A stretch of DNA of 64,000 bases from an uncultured Gammaproteobacteria bacterium (GTDB taxonomy: Bacteria > Patescibacteriota > Patescibacteriia > UBA9934): assembly GCA_964599455.1 (NCBI GenBank), contig CAZREA010000003.1, positions 31,026 through 95,025 on the forward strand, in the 5' to 3' direction. The translations under genes were made by a program, and so were the position numbers. This document shows, one piece after another, positions 38,217-47,777 of the stretch (positions are counted from its first letter, which is position 1; each line of letters opens with the position of its first letter). The notes beneath the pieces were generated by a model. It saw nothing but the letters and a program-made list of their open reading frames with translations, had not been told where the DNA came from and ran no database searches.

Positions 38217-38420
38217 ATGCAAAGTCAGGGCTCAAAACGTTCAAGAAAACAGATAGTCATGCTCGTTATTGGCGTGTTGCTCATTCTTGGTGTGTTATCG
38301 GGTGGAAATTTGCGCTCCATCGGCAACTGGAGCACCTCAGAATTGGTGGGTTATAACCTCACTACGTTGATTGCTCTTTTTGGCGGTGGGTATCTGATCT
38401 ATCGAGGTTTGAAGAAATAG
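38217..38420 (+). CDS. Small 2-TM protein
   Basis: 67 aa, hydrophobic; TATACT upstream. Confidence 0.55.
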   Translation: MQSQGSKRSRKQIVMLVIGVLLILGVLSGGNLRSIGNWSTSELVGYNLTTLIALFGGGYLIYRGLKK

Positions 38421-38463
38421 CTCTGCGAACGAAGGACCGCATCGAAAGGTGCGGTCTTCCTTT

Positions 38464-39024
38464 TTATAAAGCAGAAATTTTGCGAAAAAGATTGAGAAAG
38501 ATTTCATCACCATCGGTTTGTTCGATGAATTGTTCCGGATGAAATTGAAAGCCATAGATCAAGCGTTCATGATGCTTGATTGCTTCGTAACCATGCGGAG
38601 ATTGCGCAAGCGGAATAAAATTTTTAGGCAGAGCTTTCATCAACCAGCGATGATTTTCGTAGACACGTAAATGTCTACGACTTTGGAAGATTTCATCTGG
38701 ATAGACAATGTCGATATCAAGAATCCCTTTGTGAGATGGTCCTTTTTCGAGTGTTCCGCCAAAGGCTGTTGCAATCACTTCACAACCGTAACAAATGCCA
38801 ATGATGGGTTTCATTGTTTCGCGAATGATGCGCATTTCATCTCGCAGATTATTTTCATTCCCCACGATTTCGAATTTACTCCCACCCGATAAAATCACTA
38901 AATCAAACGCGTTGCCATCGATATTTTTGAGATCTTCGCACACATGTTCTATGCAATGTTCAGGAATAAGCTGTTCCAACTTTTTTAAAAGCGTCGTGTG
39001 ATTGTCGATGAGAAGAATCTGCAT
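38464..39024 (-). CDS. Class I glutamine amidotransferase
   Basis: MQILLIDN, ILSGG, GICYG, QFHPE. Confidence 0.9.
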   Translation of the reverse strand: MQILLIDNHTTLLKKLEQLIPEHCIEHVCEDLKNIDGNAFDLVILSGGSKFEIVGNENNLRDEMRIIRETMKPIIGICYGCEVIATAFGGTLEKGPSHKGILDIDIVYPDEIFQSRRHLRVYENHRWLMKALPKNFIPLAQSPHGYEAIKHHERLIYGFQFHPEQFIEQTDGDEIFLNLFRKISAL

Positions 39025-39064
39025 AAAATATCTCGATACATGATACTCTACAGCAGCAAGATAT

Positions 39065-39415
39065 ATGAAGAAAAGAATTGCGGGAGGTGTGTTGGCTGTT
39101 GTGGGATTTCTCCTGTCGCCGTTATCGTGGTGGAATGATTTGCTTATTAATATTCCATTGGCGTATTTATTTGCCGTGCCTTTTGGTTTCATCTCGCGAA
39201 GTTTATTTTTACCCGCGATGATTTTGGGATATTGGCTCACCAATCTGCTCGGTTTTCTCCTTATGCATCACGGCATCAAATTGGCAGGAAAAAAAGAATC
39301 AACGAAACGAGAAATAAGAAAAGATATTCTTTTATCATTGGGATATACGATTCTCATTAGTATCTTGATTGCCGCCGGGGTTATTCGTTTCCCTACGGAA
39401 TACTTTTCGTCGTGA
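39065..39415 (+). CDS. Conserved membrane protein
   Basis: LLSPLSWWNDLLINIPLAY, GYWLTNLLG. Confidence 0.8.
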   Translation: MKKRIAGGVLAVVGFLLSPLSWWNDLLINIPLAYLFAVPFGFISRSLFLPAMILGYWLTNLLGFLLMHHGIKLAGKKESTKREIRKDILLSLGYTILISILIAAGVIRFPTEYFSS

Positions 39416-39476
39416 TGAATATTTTTTTATTTTGTGGTAATTTATACTAAGCAAAAGGAATTTTTCTCTTCACCGT

Positions 39477-40361
39477 ATGTCTTCTATTCGCAAAGCCATC
39501 ATTCCTGTTGCCGGTATGGGAACGCGTTTCCTGCCCGCAACCAAAGCACAGCCAAAAGAAATGTTGCCGGTTGTCGACAAGCCGGTTATTCAATATATCG
39601 TCGAAGAAGCGGTGGCGGCTGGGATCGAAGAGATTATTTTCGTGACTGCTATTGGCAAGCGTGCACTTGAGGATCATTTTGATCGCAATTTTGAGTTGGA
39701 ATATCGTCTTGAGCAGAAGAACAAAATGAAAGAGCTGGAAGCGATTCAAGAGGTAGGAAAGTTGGCAAAATTTGCCTTTGTGCGTCAGCAAAAGCCATTG
39801 GGTGATGGGCATGCAATTTTGGCCGCACTGCCGTTTGTGAAAGAAAATGAATCGGTAGCAGTTTTTTTTGGTGATGACATTATTCATGGTGAGACGCCAG
39901 CCATAAAGCAATTAATGGATAGTGCCGAGCGTTTGCATGGTTCGGTGATTGCCTTGCAGAGCGTTCCCAAAGAATCGGTTTCCAGCTATGGCGTGATTGC
40001 TGGTACGCAGATGAGCGATCGAGAATGGAAGATTTCCGGTTTCGTCGAAAAGCCAAAACCAAAAGATGCACCTTCAAATCTTGCTTTTGTTGGAAGGGCT
40101 CTTCTCACGCCAGACATTTTGAACCTTCTTAAAACGCAAGAACCAGGAAAAGATGGCGAAATTCGTCTTGCCGATGCCTTTGCCACGCATTTAGCACAGG
40201 GAGGTGATTTATATGGGAATGCATTTGTTGGTGATCGTTACGATTGCGGGAATAAATTGCAATTTATTATTGCGCAAATTGAATTAGGTTTGTTGCATCC
40301 CGAAGTTGCGGAGGGATTAAAGGAATATTTGGCTGGAAGAACAGATGAACACAGATTTTAA
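39477..40361 (+). CDS. galU: UTP-glucose-1-phosphate uridylyltransferase
   Basis: AIIPVAGMGTRFLPATKAQPKEMLPVVDKP, GEIRLADA, RYDCG. Confidence 0.96.
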   Translation: MSSIRKAIIPVAGMGTRFLPATKAQPKEMLPVVDKPVIQYIVEEAVAAGIEEIIFVTAIGKRALEDHFDRNFELEYRLEQKNKMKELEAIQEVGKLAKFAFVRQQKPLGDGHAILAALPFVKENESVAVFFGDDIIHGETPAIKQLMDSAERLHGSVIALQSVPKESVSSYGVIAGTQMSDREWKISGFVEKPKPKDAPSNLAFVGRALLTPDILNLLKTQEPGKDGEIRLADAFATHLAQGGDLYGNAFVGDRYDCGNKLQFIIAQIELGLLHPEVAEGLKEYLAGRTDEHRF

Positions 40362-40467
40362 GAAATGCGGACAGATATGACGGCTGTTGAATTTCGCGTC
40401 ATCCTGACGTCGAAGATAGGAGACGGAAGGGTCTTGTAGTTCATAAGATTCACCGCATCGCATTCTT

Positions 40468-41121
40468 ATGATCATTACTCCCATTTTTTCTTTGTTTCTT
40501 TTTATCCCCTTCACACTTCTTTTTTTCTGTGCATTTATCCTGACGGTATTGTGGGCGTGGAGTATTTTAGGTTCGCATAAAGCACCCTATGTACCGTTGC
40601 CGCCCGAAGCCTTGCCGGGCATTTGCGATGCGTTGCAAATCGCCAAGGGAAGTGTGGTGTATGATATGGGATGTGGCGATGGTCGCATCCTCTTTTTGTG
40701 CGCAGAAAAGCATCCTGACGCACACTATATCGGCATTGAAAAAGCCTTGTTTCCGCACATGCTTTCGCTCTGGCGAATGAGTATGCGGAAAGCATCTCCT
40801 TTCTACCAGAGCCTGTCTCGAGCTCAGCGAGGGAAGGGGGAGGCCCGAGGCGAAGCGAAAACAACCTTTCTTCGCACCGATATGTTCTCGATTTCAGTTG
40901 AGGATGCAGATCGCATCGTCTTGTATCTGCTCCCAGGACTCATGGGTGATGTTCTTGAAAAATTGCGACGTGAAGTCAGGCCTGGGACACGGGTTGTGGC
41001 TGTCGATTTTCCGTTCACTCCTCTGTCCCCCTCGTCTTCTCCCACCCTCTCCTCTACCATCGAACAAACTCATCTTCCTCTGCACATGCGAGGCCGCATG
41101 CTCTATGTCTATACATTTTAA
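40468..41121 (+). CDS. Membrane-anchored class I SAM methyltransferase
   Basis: APYVP, YDMGCGDGR, GIE, LYLLP, RVVAVDFPF. Confidence 0.88.
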   Translation: MIITPIFSLFLFIPFTLLFFCAFILTVLWAWSILGSHKAPYVPLPPEALPGICDALQIAKGSVVYDMGCGDGRILFLCAEKHPDAHYIGIEKALFPHMLSLWRMSMRKASPFYQSLSRAQRGKGEARGEAKTTFLRTDMFSISVEDADRIVLYLLPGLMGDVLEKLRREVRPGTRVVAVDFPFTPLSPSSSPTLSSTIEQTHLPLHMRGRMLYVYTF

Positions 41122-42523
41122 CCGATTTGACCGCCTTAACCGATTCCGTCGCCTCTTTTCTGTTTTTTTGGCGATCATGATGCTGGTTACGCTTGGCGCG
41201 GGCTGCGGGCAATCGCAAAAACCCTCAACAGCCGAAAAAGTCACCTTAAAATATTGGCGCGTCTTTGATGGGGAGGATGCCTTTGATGAAATTATTGATG
41301 CCTACGAGGCGCAGCATCCATACGTGAATATCGACTACAAAGTGCTTCGCTATGAAGAATATGCCGATGAACTGATCCGTGCACTTGCGGCGGGCGAAGG
41401 CCCGGATATTTTTACCGTTACCAATACTGACTTGATTCAGTATCAAGACCTCTTAATGCCGATGCCGGAATCTGTCAGTATTAAGTTTTTGGAAACCGTT
41501 GGCACGGTCCGCAAAGAAACTGTACTCACCACAAAGGAAATCGCCATGCCTTCACAAAAGACGATCAAACAGGATTTTGTTGATGTTGTTGCACATGACG
41601 TGATTTTGCCCTATCAGCCCGATCCCGATGAAGCGGCAGTTGATCGAGTGTACGGCTTGCCACTCGCACTCGACACGCTCGCACTCTTTTATAATAAAGA
41701 TCTGTTTAATGCTGCGGGTATCGCCCAGCCTCCCGAAACCTGGGAAGCTTTTCAGGAAAATGTTGCCGCTCTGACCACACTTTCGAGTACCGGCGAAGTC
41801 ACGCAATCCGGTGCTGCCCTGGGCACGACCGCAAACGTTGAGCGTGCCGCCGACATTGTGCAGGTTTTAATGCTGCAGAACGGTGCACCGATGCTCGATG
41901 AACGTGGTCGCATTGCCTTTCATACCATTCCCGACGGCACCGAGCCCGGTGTCTTTCCCGGTTTAGATGCGGTGCGTTTTTATACGGACTTTGCAAATCC
42001 CGTAAAGAAAACCTATACCTGGAACGATACATTCTCTAGTTCTTTTGAAGCTTTTGCCAGTGGCCAAACGGCTATGATGTTGGGCTATAGTTATGATATT
42101 GCGCTTTTAAAGGCTGCGGCTCCAAAACTCAACTTTGCCATTTCATCCTTGCCACAAATTGCGACCGGTAAAGAGGTAAATTTTGCTCATTATTGGATTG
42201 AGACCGTGGCAAAAAATACCGAGCATCCCAATGAAGCCTGGAGTTTCTTGCAATTTGCAACTTCCGAAGAGCACGTAGACTCGTATTTAGAAGAAGCACA
42301 AAAGCCAACGGCGCTGCGCGCACTGCTAAGTACCCAAGTGAACGATGACATGCTCGCACCGTTTGCCGGGCAGGTGTTGACTGCAGAAAGTTGGTATAAA
42401 GGTATTGATGCAGCCGCAATGGAGGCGGCATTTGCGACGCTGGCAAACACCGTTCTTGCCGATTCCACGCAAGGTGAACGTGCCATGAGCCAAGCAGCCA
42501 AAGTTGTCTCACAGACATTGTAG
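41105..42523 (+). CDS. Extracellular solute-binding lipoprotein (sugar ABC type)
   Basis: Lipobox GAGC, GEGPDIF, LFYNKDLF, PPETWE. Confidence 0.92.
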   Translation: MSIHFNRFDRLNRFRRLFSVFLAIMMLVTLGAGCGQSQKPSTAEKVTLKYWRVFDGEDAFDEIIDAYEAQHPYVNIDYKVLRYEEYADELIRALAAGEGPDIFTVTNTDLIQYQDLLMPMPESVSIKFLETVGTVRKETVLTTKEIAMPSQKTIKQDFVDVVAHDVILPYQPDPDEAAVDRVYGLPLALDTLALFYNKDLFNAAGIAQPPETWEAFQENVAALTTLSSTGEVTQSGAALGTTANVERAADIVQVLMLQNGAPMLDERGRIAFHTIPDGTEPGVFPGLDAVRFYTDFANPVKKTYTWNDTFSSSFEAFASGQTAMMLGYSYDIALLKAAAPKLNFAISSLPQIATGKEVNFAHYWIETVAKNTEHPNEAWSFLQFATSEEHVDSYLEEAQKPTALRALLSTQVNDDMLAPFAGQVLTAESWYKGIDAAAMEAAFATLANTVLADSTQGERAMSQAAKVVSQTL

Positions 42524-42544
42524 GTTGTGTTACACTATTCCCAT

Positions 42545-43093
42545 ATGTTGCGTTGGCAGCTGCGAGTTATTCCTTTTTTGCTCGGTGCATTTTTGCTATT
42601 ACCACGTTTAGCATTTGCGCAAACCGCGGTCGATGTCGGTACGGGATATGACAACATTACCAGGGTGGGAATCATATTCGCCAATATTTGTGACAGTGCG
42701 CCACCGGAAGATAAGACGAAAGATGATTGTCAGTGTCGCGCAACGGGACAGTGCTCGCTTGCGAATGTCCTCCAAATCTTTGTAAACCTAAGCATTTTCC
42801 TTCTGGGTATTTGCGGATCGATTGCCTTGGTAATGTTTTTTTATGGAGGTTGGAATTGGGTGTTCGCACAGGGCCGCCCGGAATATATTCAGGCCGGAAA
42901 AGATACCATGAAGCACGCAATCATTGGTCTAGCGATTATTTTTGGTGCCTACTCAGCCATTAATCTCGTTATTGCCATTTTGGGAGGAATTGATCCAGGA
43001 ACAAGTATTGAAGAGACCATTAATAACCTTGATGTTGAGAAAAATGGAGAAGATGTGGATATCAATGCAGACAGTGTCCTCAATAGTCAATAA
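42545..43093 (+). CDS. VirB2/TrbC-like pilin 1 (Cys-containing)
   Basis: YGGWNWVFAQG....QAGKDTMKHAIIGLAIIF. Confidence 0.85.
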   Translation: MLRWQLRVIPFLLGAFLLLPRLAFAQTAVDVGTGYDNITRVGIIFANICDSAPPEDKTKDDCQCRATGQCSLANVLQIFVNLSIFLLGICGSIALVMFFYGGWNWVFAQGRPEYIQAGKDTMKHAIIGLAIIFGAYSAINLVIAILGGIDPGTSIEETINNLDVEKNGEDVDINADSVLNSQ

Positions 43094-43098
43094 AATCT

Positions 43099-43476
43099 AT
43101 GTTCAGACGTTTCTTTCTTTTTCTTATCATCAGTGCCGTCATGGTCTTGCCGGTTTTTGTTGATGCGCAGACAACTTCAAGCACCGCAAGTACGACGACA
43201 TCATCGACGGTTTATCTCATCGACCCGCTTGGTGAAACCGATCCGCGAGCACTGATCGGTCGTGTGATCAGTGGAGTATTGTCGATTATCGGTTCGATTG
43301 CACTGCTGATGTTCTTCTATGGTGGCGTGTTGTGGGTTACGGCCATGGGTGATGCTAAAAAGGTTGATCGCGGCAAGCATATTTTAGTCTGGACAACGTT
43401 GGGTTTAGGGCTCATTGCGGGTTCGTACGTGTTTGTGAACGCTATCATAAAGGCCTTTACCACAGGGTCGGCGTAA
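43099..43476 (+). CDS. VirB2/TrbC-like pilin 2
   Basis: YGGVLWVTAMGDAKKVDRGKHIL. Confidence 0.85.
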   Translation: MFRRFFLFLIISAVMVLPVFVDAQTTSSTASTTTSSTVYLIDPLGETDPRALIGRVISGVLSIIGSIALLMFFYGGVLWVTAMGDAKKVDRGKHILVWTTLGLGLIAGSYVFVNAIIKAFTTGSA

Positions 43477-43525
43477 AGCGGAAAAAAATACGGTATACTA
43501 TATAAGAATTTTATTTTTTATCTCT

Positions 43526-43921
43526 ATGTTGCAAAATCTTTCACGTTTTTTTGTGAGCGTTATGTTCGGTGCATTGCTCGCGTTACCGTTCGTGGGCCCG
43601 GCCTTTGTTGCGCACGCGCAGCCGCTCGAAGCTGAAGATTTTCTCAGCGACGACTTCTCGGATGCGACCGGACTCGGACAGGCAGATTTACAAGAAACGA
43701 TCGGGAATCTTATCCGCATCGCTCTTGGGTTCCTGGGTGTTGTCACGGTCTGCATCATTTTGTACGCCGGTTTCAAATGGATGACTGCGGGTGGCAATGA
43801 TGATAAAGTTGGTGAAGCTAAGCGTATGATGATTTCTGGTTTGATTGGTTTGGCTATTATCTTAGCTGCGTACGCTATCTCAAGTTTCGTGATCACGTCA
43901 GTTATTTCTGCAACGTCCTAA
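43526..43921 (+). CDS. VirB2/TrbC-like pilin 3
   Basis: YAGFKWMTAGGNDDKVGEAKRMM. Confidence 0.88.
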   Translation: MLQNLSRFFVSVMFGALLALPFVGPAFVAHAQPLEAEDFLSDDFSDATGLGQADLQETIGNLIRIALGFLGVVTVCIILYAGFKWMTAGGNDDKVGEAKRMMISGLIGLAIILAAYAISSFVITSVISATS

Positions 43922-43983
43922 CTCTCAGGCGGGTTTTCGCCCGCCGGTCATCACGAACACGAAGTGTGTACGTGGTCTCCGCT

Positions 43984-44364
43984 ATGCGAAAACTGGTCAT
44001 GTTGTTTTTGAGTGGCGTTTTTGTGGTATTGCCGACGGTGGCTTTTGCGGATTTTAGCGTTGATAATAGTGGATTAAGTGAGACAACAAAGGCGGGATAT
44101 GGATCTAGTATTGATATTTCTACGGTTTCACTACCAACCTTTATTGGTACGTATGTTATTCAGCCGGTTTTAGGCATTACGGGAACATTATTGTTCGCAC
44201 TTATGACCTATGCGGGCTTTTTGTGGACAACGGCACAAGGTGATCCAAAAAGAGTACAAAAAGCAAAAGATATTCTTACACAATGTATCGTGGGAACCGT
44301 AATCCTGGTCTGCGCGTACGCACTATCAACGTTTGTTATTTCTTCACTTACTCCGGCAATCTAA
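43984..44364 (+). CDS. VirB2/TrbC-like pilin 4
   Basis: YAGFLWTTAQGDPKRVQKAKDIL. Confidence 0.88.
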   Translation: MRKLVMLFLSGVFVVLPTVAFADFSVDNSGLSETTKAGYGSSIDISTVSLPTFIGTYVIQPVLGITGTLLFALMTYAGFLWTTAQGDPKRVQKAKDILTQCIVGTVILVCAYALSTFVISSLTPAI

Positions 44365-44367
44365 GCT

Positions 44368-44763
44368 ATGCACCTAAGAAAGATCCTTACTCTCGTTGCC
44401 TTATTTCTCTTTTTTGGAGGAATAACGAAACCGGCATACGCTTTCAGTTTGGGAACGGATAAATTACAACAAGCGGGAACCGGTGCGGGTATCACTCCTG
44501 GTTCAGTTTTTGCAGATCTCCCGGTTTTGATTGGAACGATCATCAGCATCATTCTCAATCTTTTAGGCGTCATTTTTTTGGTACTCTTTATTTACGCCGG
44601 TATTTTGTGGATGACCTCGCAGGGCGATCCAAAGCAAGTTACCAAGGCAAAGGATATTATGCGAGCAGCGGTGATTGGGCTTATCCTTACATTGTCGGCG
44701 TATGGTATTTCGCAAATAGTCATTGTTTGGTTGACAGGTGACCTGGGAACCGGAGGTGTTTAA
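44368..44763 (+). CDS. VirB2/TrbC-like pilin 5
   Basis: YAGILWMTSQGDPKQVTKAKDIM. Confidence 0.88.
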   Translation: MHLRKILTLVALFLFFGGITKPAYAFSLGTDKLQQAGTGAGITPGSVFADLPVLIGTIISIILNLLGVIFLVLFIYAGILWMTSQGDPKQVTKAKDIMRAAVIGLILTLSAYGISQIVIVWLTGDLGTGGV

Positions 44764-44831
44764 CACAATCTATCCACACGCACTTTTGAACGTATCCATT
44801 TGTGATACAATATCTTTATCAAATATCCTCT

Positions 44832-45209
44832 ATGAAAAAATGGAAATATCTCGTAGCTTCCGCAGCCTTGGCTGCCGCACCATTTGCCGCTTCGTTGCCC
44901 GCACATGCAGCAGACCTCAATCTGCAAGATTCGCTTGGTGATGTCGGTGACGAAACCGGCCTGAGTGACAATGATTTGACGGTGACTATTGGTACGCTTA
45001 TCAATATTGCACTTAGCTTGTTGGGCATCGTCTTTTTGGGCCTTACCTTGTACGCGGGTTGGTTGTGGATGACGGCCGCCGGCGACCCCAAGCAAACACA
45101 AAAAGCTCGCGACATTCTTGTTACCGCAGTTGTAGGTTTGGTCATTCTCTTGTCTGCCTACGCTATTTCCAATTTCGTCATCGAGCAAGTACAAACAGCT
45201 GTTACCTAA
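44832..45209 (+). CDS. VirB2/TrbC-like pilin 6
   Basis: YAGWLWMTAAGDPKQTQKARDIL. Confidence 0.88.
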   Translation: MKKWKYLVASAALAAAPFAASLPAHAADLNLQDSLGDVGDETGLSDNDLTVTIGTLINIALSLLGIVFLGLTLYAGWLWMTAAGDPKQTQKARDILVTAVVGLVILLSAYAISNFVIEQVQTAVT

Positions 45210-45210
45210 A

Positions 45211-45252
45211 AAAATCAAAAAACCTCCCGAATTCGGGAGGTTTTTTGATTTT
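45211..45252. terminator. Strong terminator closing the pilin array
   Basis: AAAATCAAAAAACCTCCCGA / TCGGGAGGTTTTTTGATTTT. Confidence 0.9.
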
Positions 45253-45306
45253 AAAGAGCAGAATCAAGAGATCTTTCGATGATAAAATGTTCTCACCTCG
45301 GAATAT

Positions 45307-46347
45307 ATGCGTATTGCTCAACTCGCCCCATTATGGAAACCGGTTCCTCCGCCAAAATATGGAGGAACAGAGCTTGCGGTTGCGGGTCTTGCGGAAGAAC
45401 TTCAGAAACTCGGTGCTGACGTAACGGTTTTTTGCTGCGGCGGTTCTTCCGTTAAAACGAAAAAAGTCGAAGTTCTTGAGACGCCGATGTACGATCTTAT
45501 GCACGGATTCAATTTCGATTGGATTGCTCCATATGAATTTCTGGCCTTTGACGCACTTTTTTCTCGGCTGAAAGATTTTGATATCGTGCATAATCACATG
45601 GGCATCCATCCGCTTGTCTTTGCCCCGCTTCTTAATATTCCCATGGTCACGACTCTTGATAGCTCCGTGCCACCGGACTTTCCCTATCTTGCAGAACGTT
45701 TCAAGGATGAAATATTTGTTTCGGTGAGTGATGCACAACGAAAAAATGCACCGTATCTGCAGTACGTGGAAACTATTCCTTACGGTATTAATGTCTCTCG
45801 CTTTACGCCAAATCTCAATCAGGATCAAGCATATCTTCTTTTCCTCGGCACGTTGTCAGAGAACAAGGGCATTGATCTTGCCGTAAAAGCAGCCCATGAG
45901 CTGGGAGAGAAATTGATTATTGCCGGGGAGATTCGGGAAACGGATAAGGACTTTCTTAATACAAACGTTTGGCCTTTTGTTGATGGCGAACAGATTCGCT
46001 TTGTGGGTGAGGTTGGCCATGAAGAAAAAGCCAAGCTGTATGCAGGTGCAAAAGCACTGCTTTTTCCCATTCGTTGGAATGAAGCTTTTGGTTTAGTGAT
46101 GCCCGAAGCCCTGGCGTGCGGAACGCCAGTCATTGGATATGGAAACGGTTCAGTTCCTGAAGTGATCGATGATGGGAAAACAGGATTTGTAGTAAAAGAT
46201 TTTGCGCAATTCAAGGCGGCTATTAAGCAAGTTCACACCATTTCCCGGAATCTTTGCCGCGAAACTGCCGAACGTCGATTTGATCGGGTAATTATGGCGA
46301 AAAGGTATCTGAAACTGTATGAGCGACTGGTTGCAGAAAAGGTTTAG
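45307..46347 (+). CDS. GT4-family glycosyltransferase
   Basis: VPPPKYGGTE, ENKG, EAFGLVMPEALACGTPV. Confidence 0.95.
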   Translation: MRIAQLAPLWKPVPPPKYGGTELAVAGLAEELQKLGADVTVFCCGGSSVKTKKVEVLETPMYDLMHGFNFDWIAPYEFLAFDALFSRLKDFDIVHNHMGIHPLVFAPLLNIPMVTTLDSSVPPDFPYLAERFKDEIFVSVSDAQRKNAPYLQYVETIPYGINVSRFTPNLNQDQAYLLFLGTLSENKGIDLAVKAAHELGEKLIIAGEIRETDKDFLNTNVWPFVDGEQIRFVGEVGHEEKAKLYAGAKALLFPIRWNEAFGLVMPEALACGTPVIGYGNGSVPEVIDDGKTGFVVKDFAQFKAAIKQVHTISRNLCRETAERRFDRVIMAKRYLKLYERLVAEKV

Positions 46348-46355
46348 TCTCATGT

Positions 46356-47543
46356 ATGACTCCTCACAAAAACATCAAATTACTTACATGGCTCAGCTTT
46401 TTCTCGAATTTTAAGCCATGGGCACCGATTGCGGTTCTGTACTTTGCTCAAGTAACGGGATCATTTGCGTCGGCGCTGCTGGTTTTTTCCATCTTCTCTA
46501 TCGCTATTAGTGTTTTTGAAATTCCTACCGGCATATTTTCAGATAAAATCGGCAGAAAGAAAACCCTTGTTCTTGGATCAGTTGCGAGCGTTTTGTCGAT
46601 TCTTTTTTACGCCCTGGGAGGATCATTTTGGATACTCGTTATCGGTGCACTGTTTGCTGGTTTGCAAGAAGCGTTTTTCAGCGGCAACAATGATGCGCTT
46701 TTATATGAAACGCTCGGAGAAGCAAAGGAACAGAAGAATTTCAGTGAACATTTGGGGAAAATTTCATCCGTACTGCAAGTAGCACTTGGTCTTTCTGCGC
46801 TTCTCGGAGGCTTCATTGCAAATATTTCGTATGTATATGTCTTTTGGTTGTCATTGATCCCTCAAGTTATCGCACTCTTCATCAGTCTCGGGGTTATCGA
46901 ACCTCAAACGCATGTCGAGAAACTCAGCGGCAATATCTTTACGCATCTCAAAGAAGCTTTTGCAAAATTCCGTACCAACTATAAATTACGCAATCTGAGT
47001 TTGTCGTCGATCTTGAGTTTTGGCATGGGAGAAGTGGAGAATCAGTTCATGCCCGTATTTATCACCACCGTCTGGCCGGTATGGGCACTGGGGATAGTAA
47101 AAGGACTTAGCAAGGCGTGCTCTTTTATAGGCTCACGAAATGCGGGGAATATGTTGAGGAGATTCTCTGCATTTTGCGTTCTCCTTTTTGGAGAACTCTT
47201 TGCGATCATCTTGACGCTCATTGCCGTCATCTTTCCCTCAGGAGTATCACCGCTACTCATCGCACTTACTTCTCTCCCATTCGGCGTAACCATGGTGGCA
47301 CTCAGTTCGTTAATGCAGGAAGAATTTAGCGATAATCAACGGGCAACCATGGGATCAATAAACTCATTGTTGGGAAATATCTTCTTTGCCATATTTGCGT
47401 TCGCTTTTGGTTTTATTGCCGATCATCTTGGCACAACGCAGCCGATCATTATTACACAAATACTCATGCTATCCGTTGTATATCTGTATTGGAAGCTCTT
47501 TAAGAATCATCAGAAGGAAATGTTGAATCCAAAAACAGTATGA
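46356..47543 (+). CDS. MFS transporter
   Basis: EIPTGIFSDKIGRK motif A, about 12 TM. Confidence 0.93.
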   Translation: MTPHKNIKLLTWLSFFSNFKPWAPIAVLYFAQVTGSFASALLVFSIFSIAISVFEIPTGIFSDKIGRKKTLVLGSVASVLSILFYALGGSFWILVIGALFAGLQEAFFSGNNDALLYETLGEAKEQKNFSEHLGKISSVLQVALGLSALLGGFIANISYVYVFWLSLIPQVIALFISLGVIEPQTHVEKLSGNIFTHLKEAFAKFRTNYKLRNLSLSSILSFGMGEVENQFMPVFITTVWPVWALGIVKGLSKACSFIGSRNAGNMLRRFSAFCVLLFGELFAIILTLIAVIFPSGVSPLLIALTSLPFGVTMVALSSLMQEEFSDNQRATMGSINSLLGNIFFAIFAFAFGFIADHLGTTQPIIITQILMLSVVYLYWKLFKNHQKEMLNPKTV

Positions 47544-47777
47544 ATAGTGTAAGGGGGATTCTCATATTGTTATTACAGTTTGTCACAAAAACCCAGCGGG
47601 CATCAGCTGGATTTTTCGTTCGAACATTTGAAATGTAATCTACACTGCCTGCAATTTCTCACTTTGTTTTACTATTTCTTGTTGATCTTTGTTCGCTTGA
47701 TGAGTTGCCTGAGTAAAAAAAATTCAGGAGCATACGACGAGGCGTATGCTCCTGAACGGTTTTTTGACGAGGTGAGG

